Assembly: GCA_049642065.1 (NCBI GenBank)
Contig: JBAROK010000092.1
Span: 17,613 to 81,612 of the forward strand
Origin: Candidatus Omnitrophota bacterium
GTDB taxonomy: Bacteria > Omnitrophota > Gorgyraeia > Tantalellales > Tantalellaceae
DNA: 64,000 bases
Reading direction: 5' to 3'
Shown here: positions 31,623 through 40,301 of the stretch, piece after piece
Layout of the letters: every line of letters begins with the position of its first letter
Position numbering within the stretch: position 1 is the first letter of the stretch
Position numbers and translations under genes: made by a program
Notes under the pieces: generated by a model
What the model was told of the DNA's origin: nothing
The model's database searches: none
The model's input: the letters and a program-made list of their open reading frames with translations, nothing else

Positions 31623-32117
31623 ATGATCAGAGGGCATATGATGGTGAAAAGCAAAATTAAGTCATGGGAAGAGCTTTCCGAGGCGATTGACCAGGAGAAA
31701 GCGTCCGGTAAAAAGATAGGGTTCACTAACGGATGTTTTGATATACTTCATCTGGGTCACGTAAGGTACCTCAAAGAGGCAAGAAATGATTGTGACTTAC
31801 TGGTAGTAGGCGTAAATAGTGATGGGTCGGTAAAGAATATCAAAGGTGATGACAGGCCGTTAAATACCGAATGGGTCAGGATGGAAGTTCTTTCAGCACT
31901 TGAATGCGTAGATCTTGTGGCGATGTTCGATGAGGATACCCCTGAAGAACTCATAAAGACGATAACGCCTAACATTCTCTTTAAAGGCGGAGACTGGAAA
32001 GAGGAAGATATTGTTGGCGGTGATCACGTCAAAGCTAATGGGGGAGAAGTTAAAGTGATACCGTTTGTTGAGGGGTTCTCGACGACGGGGATCATTGAGA
32101 GGATGAAAGAAGAATAA
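31623..32117 (+). CDS. D-beta-D-heptose-1-phosphate adenylyltransferase (HldE C-terminal-domain / RfaE-II type cytidylyltransferase)
   Basis: GFTNGCFDILHLGHVRYL (GxFDxxHxGH) nucleotidyltransferase motif. 164 aa. Adjacent to gmhA. Confidence 0.8.
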   Translation: MIRGHMMVKSKIKSWEELSEAIDQEKASGKKIGFTNGCFDILHLGHVRYLKEARNDCDLLVVGVNSDGSVKNIKGDDRPLNTEWVRMEVLSALECVDLVAMFDEDTPEELIKTITPNILFKGGDWKEEDIVGGDHVKANGGEVKVIPFVEGFSTTGIIERMKEE

Positions 32118-32119
32118 TT

Positions 32120-32548
32120 GTGGATAGAGGCGTATACAGGATAATAGATGCGAACTTAAATAGGGTTATGGAAGGCGTACGCGTGTGTGAGGACATCATC
32201 AGGTTCGCTTCCGATAACGAGAGACTGACGGCGAAGTTAAAGAACCTGCGGCATGAGATATTTGACTCGATAAAGGATCTCAGGAAAAAACATCTTGAAG
32301 AGCTCGTAGAAGCCCGCGATCTAAACAATGATGTAGGCAGAAAATCTAACGCATCCGAAAAGTCCAGGGAAAACCTGGTGGATCTGTTTCTTGCCAACAC
32401 TCAGAGGGGAAAAGAGTCTCTTCGTGTGCTTGAGGAAGTGCTTAAGCTTTTTGATGGCGACCTGTCACAAAAATTCAAGAAGTTCCGGTTCAAACTTTAT
32501 GGAATAGAGAAGTCCGCCGTGAAAGATCTGGAAACGATCAAATTATGA
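32120..32548 (+). CDS. hypothetical protein (142 aa, GTG start), upstream of and coupled to thiC
   Basis: Charged helical protein with no recognisable motif. Its stop overlaps the thiC start. Confidence 0.4.
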   Translation: MDRGVYRIIDANLNRVMEGVRVCEDIIRFASDNERLTAKLKNLRHEIFDSIKDLRKKHLEELVEARDLNNDVGRKSNASEKSRENLVDLFLANTQRGKESLRVLEEVLKLFDGDLSQKFKKFRFKLYGIEKSAVKDLETIKL

Positions 32549-33810
32549 AAACGATAAAAATTAAAGAATCATTATTTAAAAATGCTGCTAAGCAGGAAGA
32601 TGCTAGTGTAGCTGAAATCCAGAAAGGCCTTGAAAAAGGTTGGGTGGTCGTGCCTGGGAACAAGAAACGCGATCTTGTTAAACCGTGTGCAATAGGAAAA
32701 GGTATGACCACGAAAGTTAACGCTAACCTTGGGCTTTCCCCGGGACATTCAAGTATAGACAAAGAGATGAAGAAAATGGATGTTGCTTGTGAAGCCGGGG
32801 CTGATGCTCTCATGGACCTTTCTACGGGTCCTGAACTGGGGAAGCTGCGCAAGAAGATACTTTCCGAATGTCCCGTTCCCGTTGGCACGGTGCCTATATA
32901 CGAGATAGCCTGTAAAGGCGGTAACTTTCTTTCCAGAAAAGAAGACGATTTTATTGATGTCCTGCGACAGCAGGCGGAAGAAGGAGTGGACTTTTTCACT
33001 ATACATTCTGGAATAACCCTGGAAGCTACACGACTTGTTGAAAAGAAGCCCCGAATAATGAACATAGTGAGCAGGGGAGGAGCGCTTCTGGCTTCCTGGA
33101 TGATGACTAACCAGAGAGAGAACCCATTTCTGTCGCGTTTTGACGAAGTCATAAAAATAGCTAAAGAATACGATATAACATTGAGCCTGGGAGATAGCCT
33201 GAGACCCGGAGCGATAGCGGATGCTACTGACAGGTTACAGATAGAAGAGCTTTTTGTTCTTGGTGATCAGCAGGAAGTGGCTTTTAAGGAGGGTGTGCAG
33301 GTGATGATAGAAGGTCCAGGACATGTTCCCCTTGACCAGATAGAAGCTAACGTTAAGCTGCAAAAGTCTGTGTGCCATGGCGCGCCTTTTTACGTGCTGG
33401 GGCCGCTTGTTACTGATGCGGCGCCGGGATATGACCATATCGTGGGTGCGATAGGTGGGGCTATAGCCGCATGGCACGGTGCGGATTTCCTGTGTTATGT
33501 TACGCCGGCGGAACACGTAAGTCTGCCGGTAGAAGACGACGTTAAGCAAGGGGTTATAGCTTCTAAAATAGCGGCCCATGCGGCAGATATTGCTAAAGGC
33601 ATCCCTTCGGCCGCAAAGAGGGATAGACAGATATCAGAAGCGCGTGCTCAGCGTGACTGGAAGAAACAATTCGCTCTTTCGCTTGACCCACAGAGTCCGA
33701 CGGAAAGACGCAGGGCGGACAAACCGAAGGAATCGGATGTTTGCAGTATGTGCGAAGATTTCTGTTCGATAAAGATTATAGAGAAAAGTTTAGCGGATCG
33801 AAAGAAATAA
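32545..33810 (+). CDS. thiC: phosphomethylpyrimidine synthase ThiC (short, anaerobe-type)
   Basis: ThiC core motifs (GTVPIYE, HGAPFYVLGPLVTD, C-terminal CSMCEDFCS Fe-S cluster motif). Confidence 0.9.
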   Translation: MKTIKIKESLFKNAAKQEDASVAEIQKGLEKGWVVVPGNKKRDLVKPCAIGKGMTTKVNANLGLSPGHSSIDKEMKKMDVACEAGADALMDLSTGPELGKLRKKILSECPVPVGTVPIYEIACKGGNFLSRKEDDFIDVLRQQAEEGVDFFTIHSGITLEATRLVEKKPRIMNIVSRGGALLASWMMTNQRENPFLSRFDEVIKIAKEYDITLSLGDSLRPGAIADATDRLQIEELFVLGDQQEVAFKEGVQVMIEGPGHVPLDQIEANVKLQKSVCHGAPFYVLGPLVTDAAPGYDHIVGAIGGAIAAWHGADFLCYVTPAEHVSLPVEDDVKQGVIASKIAAHAADIAKGIPSAAKRDRQISEARAQRDWKKQFALSLDPQSPTERRRADKPKESDVCSMCEDFCSIKIIEKSLADRKK

Positions 33811-33811
33811 A

Positions 33812-34711
33812 ATGAAACTTACCGTAATAGGATCAACAGCACTGGACAGTATAGAGACGCCTTTCGGCAAGAAGAAAGATATACTGGGTGGGTCGGCTAC
33901 TTACTCTTCTATAAGCGCGTCTTTTTTTGCCCCGGTTAACCTTATAAGCGTTGTAGGCGCGGATTTTCCCCAGAAATACATCCGTCTTTTCGAGAAAAGA
34001 AGTATAGACACTACGGGCCTTGAGCAGAAAAAAGGTAAAACCTTTCGCTGGAAGGCTAAGTATCATTATGACATGAGCTATGCCGAGACTTTGGACACGA
34101 AACTCGGTGTTTTCAATGGTTTCAGGCCGGTTATACCATCCAACGTGAGCCCTAAGACAAATCTTCTTTTAGCGAATATAGATCCTGAACTTCAAAGTTA
34201 TATCTTTCATCAGATAAAGCCTACGGGTCTTGTTGCGTGCGATACCATGAACCATTGGATATCAACCAGTAAGAAGGCGCTGGTGAGATTACTTAAGAAA
34301 GTGGATCTATTTTTGTTGAATGATGCTGAAGCGCGTCAGCTTTCAGGGGAGACTAATCTTTTGGAAGCGGCAAGATTTATATCCTCAAAGGGTGCGAAGA
34401 TGACGGTGATCAAGAAGGGGGAGCATGGTGCACTTTTCTTTTCCAAGGGGTTGCGTTTTATGGTTCCCGCATACCTTCTTGAGACGATAAAAGACCCGAC
34501 TGGGGCGGGGGATACGTTTGCCGGCGGTATGCTGGGATATCTGTCAAAGTACCCGAAGCTTACCGACAAGGTCTTGAGGCGGGCTCTTGTCTATGGCAGT
34601 ATAATGGCTTCTTTTGCAGTGGAAAGATTTTCTGCAGACGGGCTATTGAAAACAAAACCTGCGGATATAAAGAAGCGGGTTAAACACTTTGAAAAGTTAA
34701 CTAAATTCTAG
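33812..34711 (+). CDS. PfkB/ribokinase-family carbohydrate or small-molecule kinase
   Basis: N-terminal GG motif (ILGGSATY). C-terminal anion-hole DPTGAGDTFAGGM. Confidence 0.75.
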   Translation: MKLTVIGSTALDSIETPFGKKKDILGGSATYSSISASFFAPVNLISVVGADFPQKYIRLFEKRSIDTTGLEQKKGKTFRWKAKYHYDMSYAETLDTKLGVFNGFRPVIPSNVSPKTNLLLANIDPELQSYIFHQIKPTGLVACDTMNHWISTSKKALVRLLKKVDLFLLNDAEARQLSGETNLLEAARFISSKGAKMTVIKKGEHGALFFSKGLRFMVPAYLLETIKDPTGAGDTFAGGMLGYLSKYPKLTDKVLRRALVYGSIMASFAVERFSADGLLKTKPADIKKRVKHFEKLTKF

Positions 34712-34784
34712 CGAGTGTAGTACAATGGCAGTACACCAGCTTCCCAAGCTGGCTACGGGGGTTCGATTCCCCTCACTCGCTCCA
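34711..34784 (+). tRNA. tRNA-Gly (anticodon CCC), CCA-encoded
   Basis: Cloverleaf read by eye: acceptor GCGAGTG/CACTCGC, D-stem GTAC, anticodon stem CCAGC/GCTGG with loop TTCCCAA, T-arm GGGGG-TTCGATT-CCCCT, discriminator T, then CCA. Confidence 0.85.
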
Positions 34785-34793
34785 TCTTATTAA

Positions 34794-34824
34794 AAGGGCG
34801 ACCATAAATGGTTGCCCTTTTTTT
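34794..34824 (+). terminator. intrinsic terminator after tRNA-Gly
   Basis: 11-bp stem AAGGGCGACCA/TGGTTGCCCTT with loop TAAA, followed by a T-run. Confidence 0.7.
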
Positions 34825-34885
34825 GTCTTGCAGCTTGTAGTGATAAATGTCCCGATGTATACTCATTCTTAATAAGGAGGATACT

Positions 34886-35062
34886 ATGTCCGAAAATATC
34901 TGGGTAAAGTGGTGCGGGGAGTGTTTTATGTGCAGGTTCACGCGAAATTGCGAAATAAATTCAATCTGGTGTAAAATAGCCAGGGCAATGCAGAGGATTT
35001 GTCCTATTTGTATCATGGCGAATAGGGCTCTCAAAAAGAACTTTCAGGAACGAGAAAGATGA
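34886..35062 (+). CDS. small cysteine-rich protein (58 aa; CxxC...C...C...C...CxxC)
   Basis: Strong RBS aaggagg 7 nt upstream of the ATG. Seven Cys include two CxxC pairs (zinc-ribbon-like). Confidence 0.45.
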   Translation: MSENIWVKWCGECFMCRFTRNCEINSIWCKIARAMQRICPICIMANRALKKNFQERER

Positions 35063-35240
35063 ACAGCGGAGTTGATGCTTTACAAAACTTGTCGCTACCA
35101 GCCTCATTCTAAGCCGCATAATAATTTGATTAAGTAAGACCCGTTAGGGTTTCAAAAAGAAAGCCACATATGAAGTTTTAGTAGGTATACTTGATTATGT
35201 GATATGGCATTCTCTTAATTAGTACAGGAAGGAGGAAGGT

Positions 35241-35546
35241 ATGAAGATTTTATTGGTTTTGCTAATGGCTATGGCGCTTGTGTGCGCGTATGCTGCTCCC
35301 GGTATGGCAGGAAAAGCTGACAATCCGGTAACCAACGTGGTTACAGGTTCGGTAAATACCGTGGGTAAGGCCGCAGAAGGGACGGTCAAGACAGTAGCCG
35401 CTCCTGTGGAGGCGCTGGGTGACTCCATGAAAGGCGAGGGCACCCCAGACAAAATAATAACGGGTCCTGTTGAAAAAGGTGGCGAAACAGTGTATGATGC
35501 TACGGTAAATACAGGCAAGACCGTCACTGGCCAAAAAGTGGAATGA
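35241..35546 (+). CDS. small secreted Gly/Thr/Val-rich repeat protein, paralog 1
   Basis: RBS ggaaggagg. Signal peptide. Two internal ~30-aa repeats (V.TG.VNT.GK..EGT.KT). Its paralog follows directly downstream. Confidence 0.6.
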   Translation: MKILLVLLMAMALVCAYAAPGMAGKADNPVTNVVTGSVNTVGKAAEGTVKTVAAPVEALGDSMKGEGTPDKIITGPVEKGGETVYDATVNTGKTVTGQKVE

Positions 35547-35600
35547 TCCGTAAGAGACGGACGTTCACAGGCCGCAGGTAGTTAACAGAGAGGAGTTGGT

Positions 35601-35915
35601 ATGAAGAGGGCAGTTGTACTTGTTCTAGTCATAGCCTTAGTATGTGCTTACGCGATGCCCGCAGTCGCACAAGAAAAGGCGAAAGACCCGGTAGAGTATT
35701 CGGGTAACGTGGTCACCGGAACGGTGAACACGGTTGGCAAAGCCACCGAAGGCACCGCTAAGACCGCAGTAAGCCCGATAGTGGCTTTCTGGAACGCCAT
35801 AACCGGCAAAGGTAAACCAGAAAATGTAGTTACCGATCCGGTTAACGAAGGCGGCAAAACGGTATACAATGCCAGCGTAAATACTGGCAAAACGGTTACC
35901 GGACAGAAACAATAA
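35601..35915 (+). CDS. small secreted Gly/Thr/Val-rich repeat protein, paralog 2
   Basis: Same architecture as paralog 1, including the C-terminal VNTGKTVTGQK. Confidence 0.6.
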   Translation: MKRAVVLVLVIALVCAYAMPAVAQEKAKDPVEYSGNVVTGTVNTVGKATEGTAKTAVSPIVAFWNAITGKGKPENVVTDPVNEGGKTVYNASVNTGKTVTGQKQ

Positions 35916-35941
35916 CCGCTTTTAAGGTTATTAAAGAAAAA

Positions 35942-35975
35942 CCGGGAATGCAACAGCTGCATTCCCGGTTTTTTT
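35942..35975 (+). terminator. intrinsic terminator
   Basis: Stem CCGGGAATGCA/TGCATTCCCGG followed by TTTTTTT. Confidence 0.8.
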
Positions 35976-36012
35976 ATGGCAACTTTTAATCATAAGGGGT
36001 ATACTACAAGAG

Positions 36013-36633
36013 ATGAAAAAAACATGGTTTAAAATATTACTGTCAGCAGGTATATTGTGCGTGTTATTCGCTCATACCGCTCATGCTATCTCCTGGCATC
36101 GCAGTTTGAACTCAGCTCTTAGAGCATCTAACAAGCAAGGGAAGCCGGTTCTTGTTGATTTCTATACTGAATGGTGTGGCTGGTGTAAGAAGATGGATAA
36201 AGATACGTATTCCCATGCTGGTGTAGAAAAAGAGGCTGTTAATTTTATTTGTGTGAAGGTAGATGGAGATAAAAACAGAGACCTTGTTCGTAAATATAAT
36301 ATAAAAGCTTATCCGACAACACTTTTTCTCAACGGTAAAGGGGTAGCAATAGACAGGATCCGGGGATATCTTCCTCCGGACCAGTTCCTTCCCAAGATGA
36401 AATCCATAGCGACTAGGTATAAACCTTCTGTGCAAACAAAGAAGGGCAAGACGGCGCCATCAGGATTTAACCTTTCCGGGATAATCTTTTCACAGGATGA
36501 TCCTAAAGCTATAGTCAATAACAATATCGTGGGTATTGGAGATACTGTTGGCGGCGCCAAAGTCGTCGCTATCACCCAATACGGTGTCATTCTATCCGGC
36601 CAGGACGGTGAGATAGTTCTTAAGCTGGAGTAG
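36013..36633 (+). CDS. secreted thioredoxin-fold protein (CGWC) fused to a GspB/T2SSB-like C-terminal domain
   Basis: Signal peptide. VLVDFYTEWCGWCKKMD thioredoxin active site. The C-terminal 50 aa (SGIIFSQDDPKAIVNNNIVGIGDTVGGAKVVAI...) aligns with the C-terminus of the GspB-like protein at 56204-56860. Confidence 0.65.
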   Translation: MKKTWFKILLSAGILCVLFAHTAHAISWHRSLNSALRASNKQGKPVLVDFYTEWCGWCKKMDKDTYSHAGVEKEAVNFICVKVDGDKNRDLVRKYNIKAYPTTLFLNGKGVAIDRIRGYLPPDQFLPKMKSIATRYKPSVQTKKGKTAPSGFNLSGIIFSQDDPKAIVNNNIVGIGDTVGGAKVVAITQYGVILSGQDGEIVLKLE

Positions 36634-36698
36634 CTTGCCAGAAGCCTCTCACTCCATTATACTTAATATGTACTTATAATAGAAAGAGGGGCTACCGA

Positions 36699-36947
36699 AT
36701 GAAAGATATAAACGAAATTATTCCTGTCGTTATACGAGAGCTTGCAGTTTTAACGATGTTTGTCGTTTTTCTGTATGTAACGCTTCTACTGGGGATAGTG
36801 CTTTTCAAGCTCACGGGACTGGAACTTACTCGAGAACACGCCAAAACGCTTCAATTATACGTATCAGTTGGATTTTTTATCCTCTACGCTTTATGTCAGC
36901 TCAAAAGGCTCATTCAATGGGTTATGAAGGGAAGAATCCTTTGGTGA
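36699..36947 (+). CDS. small 2-TM membrane protein, paralog 1
   Basis: 82 aa with two hydrophobic helices. A paralog lies 40 nt downstream. Confidence 0.45.
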   Translation: MKDINEIIPVVIRELAVLTMFVVFLYVTLLLGIVLFKLTGLELTREHAKTLQLYVSVGFFILYALCQLKRLIQWVMKGRILW

Positions 36948-36989
36948 TCCATTAACGGGCCGGCCTAGAGAGAACCGGCAGGTTCAGGA

Positions 36990-37223
36990 ATGATAAAAGA
37001 CGCCATTAGGTTTATTGCCAAGGAAATCATTGTCCTGGCGGGCTTTATCGCAGCATTATATGCGGTTCTTTTTCTGATATCGTTGTGGCTCAGGTCAAGC
37101 GGGATAGAACTTGTGCTGAATGATGCCGTATCGCTTGAAATAACTATTTCATGGATATTTGTTGTCCTGTACATACTTTATTTGATCGGCAGATTTATTG
37201 TATGGAATGTCAAGGGGGGATAA
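36990..37223 (+). CDS. small 2-TM membrane protein, paralog 2
   Basis: 77 aa with the same topology, ending ...RFIVWNVKGG (paralog 1 ends ...IQWVMKGRILW). Confidence 0.45.
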   Translation: MIKDAIRFIAKEIIVLAGFIAALYAVLFLISLWLRSSGIELVLNDAVSLEITISWIFVVLYILYLIGRFIVWNVKGG

Positions 37224-37225
37224 TA

Positions 37226-37905
37226 TGAAAAAGGTGTTATGTATTGTTCTTTCTCTCAGTGTGTTATTTTGTCTAAGCGTCGATACGACAGAAGCTGTAG
37301 GGAGTAAATGGACGAAGCTGGTCGAAACCTCCGGGGATGTTCTGTCGGAGATACAACATATGCCGGACCAGAGCGTGCCGGAAGATCTTATGAAAAAATG
37401 TGCTGCTATTGCGATATTCCCTAATACGATCTCGGCAGGCCTTGGGATTGGAGGTAAATACGGGCAGGGGATAATTATGGTCCGTAAAAAACGCGGTAAG
37501 TGGTCACCGCCGGCGATCTTTACGATAGCCGGTGGAAGTATAGGGTTCCAGATAGGAGGGCAAGCTTCTGACATAGTGCTGCTCATAATGACCGAACGAA
37601 GCGTAGAAGGTATATTGAAAGGCAAATTCAAACTGGGTGCTGACGCTGCTGTCGCAGCCGGCCCTGTTGGCCGTGATGCTCAAGCTGCTACTGACGCTCA
37701 TCTTGGTGGGATATTGTCGTATTCAAGGAGCCGGGGTTTGTTCGCAGGGATAAAGTTGGAAGGAGATGTTATCACCGAGCACTGGGAAGGGAATGAAGAG
37801 CTTTACGGAAAAAAGCTCTCGGCTGAAGAGATATTAATAGAGAATAAGGCGAAGATGCCGAAATCCGCGAATGGTGTCTTAGGAATGCTGAAAAAATATA
37901 AATAG
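37226..37905 (+). CDS. SYLF (DUF500, Ysc84-like) lipid-binding domain protein, secreted
   Basis: Signal peptide. CAAIAIFPNTISAGLGIGGKYGQG...GAD core typical of SYLF. Confidence 0.65.
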
Positions 37906-37988
37906 GGGCATGAAAATAAGATTAGACATTGAATAATTTAAAGGAATGCGTTAAAATACAAAAAAGTTATAACTGATCTGATGGGAGT

Positions 37989-39239
37989 ATGTCCATGAAC
38001 GGTTTTACGTTCTCTACTATAGGTGAAGCTCTAAAAAATATGGCTATAGGTGCGGTTATAGAGGCCATCAGAAAAGGCCAGAGAGTACTTATCAGTGACA
38101 CTACCTTAGGGGACGGGGAGCAGGCACCCGGGTCTAGTCTGAACCCTCAGCAGAAGCTTGCTATCGCAAAACAGCTTGATAAACTCGGAGTAGATACGAT
38201 AGAAGCCGGGTTTCCCGGATCCTCTGAACTGGAATATGAAGGAGTAGAGCTCGTAGCCAAGAACATAAAAAGGCCAACGATTTCCGTTCTTTCCAGATGT
38301 ATGAAAAGCGATATAGATGCAGCCGTGCAGTCTCTTGAAAAAGCGAAGAACTGGGGGTTGGCGCTTTTCATAGGGACTTCTCCCAAACTTCGCCAGTTCA
38401 GCCTGGACAATAAATCCCAGGATGAAATTATCGAAACACTGACCGATGCAATCAAATACGCTAAAAAGTATACAGACAGTATTGCTTTCGGGGCGGAAGA
38501 CGCCACTAGGACAGAACCTGAGTTTCTGTACAGGGTCTATGAAGCGGCTATAGATAGCGGGGCGGTTGTTATAGGGGTCCCGGATACGGTCGGGTGGCTC
38601 ATTCCTGAAGAGACCGCCAGCCTCATGGAGAAGATAAAACAGAACGTTCCGAACATAAAAAAAGCGCTCATAGGAGTACATTTCCATAATGACCTTGGTT
38701 TGGCGGTAGCTAATACTCTGACGGCGATCAGGCACGGGGCGAATATAGTCCAGTGTACGATAAACGGTATCGGCGAGAGAGCCGGGAACACCTCGCTGGA
38801 AGAGTTTGTAATGGCGCTTAAGACCAGAGAAGACGTATATAACATCAAGACTAACGTAAACACCAAAGAGCTTTATGCTACAAGCAAGCTAGTAGCAGAG
38901 CATACCGGGATGCACGTGGCGCCCAACAAAGCCGTGGTTGGGGATAATGTTTTCGCGACAGAAGCGGGAATGCACCAAGTGGCACTTTTAAAGGAAAGGT
39001 CAACGTACGAGATAATCGCGCCGGAAGAGGTTGGACAACTTGACACTACGTTGTTTCTGGGTAGACATTCTGGTAAACATATGGTTTTGTATAAATTGAA
39101 CGAAGCAGGTATCAAGCTAGATGATGTTAAGGACCAGAAAAAAATAGACTTAATATACCAGAAGTTCAAGGAGCTGGCTTTAACGAAAAAGAAGGTGGAA
39201 GACGAGGAGCTTATAAATATCGCAAGGGCGGTGATATAG
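37989..39239 (+). CDS. short LeuA/HMGL-family synthase (2-isopropylmalate / homocitrate / citramalate synthase-like, no regulatory domain)
   Basis: DRE-TIM barrel motifs LGDGEQAPG and HFHNDLGLAVANTL. 416 aa. Confidence 0.75.
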   Translation: MSMNGFTFSTIGEALKNMAIGAVIEAIRKGQRVLISDTTLGDGEQAPGSSLNPQQKLAIAKQLDKLGVDTIEAGFPGSSELEYEGVELVAKNIKRPTISVLSRCMKSDIDAAVQSLEKAKNWGLALFIGTSPKLRQFSLDNKSQDEIIETLTDAIKYAKKYTDSIAFGAEDATRTEPEFLYRVYEAAIDSGAVVIGVPDTVGWLIPEETASLMEKIKQNVPNIKKALIGVHFHNDLGLAVANTLTAIRHGANIVQCTINGIGERAGNTSLEEFVMALKTREDVYNIKTNVNTKELYATSKLVAEHTGMHVAPNKAVVGDNVFATEAGMHQVALLKERSTYEIIAPEEVGQLDTTLFLGRHSGKHMVLYKLNEAGIKLDDVKDQKKIDLIYQKFKELALTKKKVEDEELINIARAVI

Positions 39240-39320
39240 CATGCAGGCAGCGCAGCATGTCTTTAATCCGTTAATCCCGCTGCTTTTTACGGTGGGAACC
39301 AAAAAGGAAAGGCTTACATT

Positions 39321-40301
39321 ATGAAAAACCTTGTGACCGGTGCTTCAGGATTTATCGGTAGCCATATAGCTGAAGCTCTCAAAAAACGCGGTGTAGAAGT
39401 GATCGCGCTGGTACGTACTACCAGTAAGGTCGATTTTCTTAAAGAGATCGGCGTGGAGCTCAGGTACGGTGAGCTTAACGATCTGGATTCTTTGAAAGAA
39501 GCGCTTAAGGGAATCGACAGGATATATCATTCTGCCGCTTTAGCCGATGAATGGATCTCGCCCGAAGTAGCCCATAAAATAAACGTTGAAGGTACAAGAA
39601 ACCTTCTTGAAGCTGCCAGACAGCATAACGTGGGACGGGTTGTATACGTAAGTTCACTTGCCGTTCTTGGTATGCATGATCATCATGGTACACCGGCTGA
39701 TTCACCTTACCAGAAAAGCGGAGATCCTTATATAGACTCAAAGATCGATTCTGAGCAGCTGGCCCGCGATTATAACCGGGGATATGGGCTTCCCGTTACT
39801 GTAGTGCGGCCGGGTTTCGTGTTCGGCCCCAGGGATAATAAATTCATTCCGCGCGTTCTGGAAAAGATCAAAGAGAACCGGTTCATGTTCGTCGGTAGCG
39901 GCAAGAACAAGATAAATGCTGTCTATATAGAGAACCTTACCGATGCAATACTGCGGGCAGGCGATTCCGACAAAGCCATGGGGCAAGTTTATAACGTTAC
40001 GAATGACAGTGGGATGGATATACAAACTTTCATATATAAAGTGTCCGATGTGTGGGGTATTGATAGACCCGTTAAACATATACCGAAAGCGATTGCGTTT
40101 TTTATGTGTCAGTTGCTTGAAGGATGGGCGAGGATGACACATTCGGACAAACCGCCATACATAACGAAGACCAGGATCAAGCTTCTTACCCTGAACCTTG
40201 ATTTTGATATCGATAAGACTAGAAAAGAACTGGGGTATGAACCGCTGGTTAATATTGAAGATGGCCTGAAAAGAACAAGGAACTGGATGGATGCCCGGTG
40301 A
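39321..40301 (+). CDS. NAD-dependent epimerase/dehydratase (extended SDR)
   Basis: GASGFIGSHIAEAL Rossmann motif. YIDSK catalytic YxxxK. Confidence 0.8.
   Translation: MKNLVTGASGFIGSHIAEALKKRGVEVIALVRTTSKVDFLKEIGVELRYGELNDLDSLKEALKGIDRIYHSAALADEWISPEVAHKINVEGTRNLLEAARQHNVGRVVYVSSLAVLGMHDHHGTPADSPYQKSGDPYIDSKIDSEQLARDYNRGYGLPVTVVRPGFVFGPRDNKFIPRVLEKIKENRFMFVGSGKNKINAVYIENLTDAILRAGDSDKAMGQVYNVTNDSGMDIQTFIYKVSDVWGIDRPVKHIPKAIAFFMCQLLEGWARMTHSDKPPYITKTRIKLLTLNLDFDIDKTRKELGYEPLVNIEDGLKRTRNWMDAR

Noticed and set aside
32000-32545. Expected TPP riboswitch upstream of thiC
   Set aside because: No THI-box-like sequence was seen. thiC is preceded directly by coupled coding sequence.
34753-35034. 93-aa minus-strand ORF
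   Set aside because: It is antisense to tRNA-Gly and its terminator. The + strand small Cys-rich ORF with a strong RBS is the more credible feature here.
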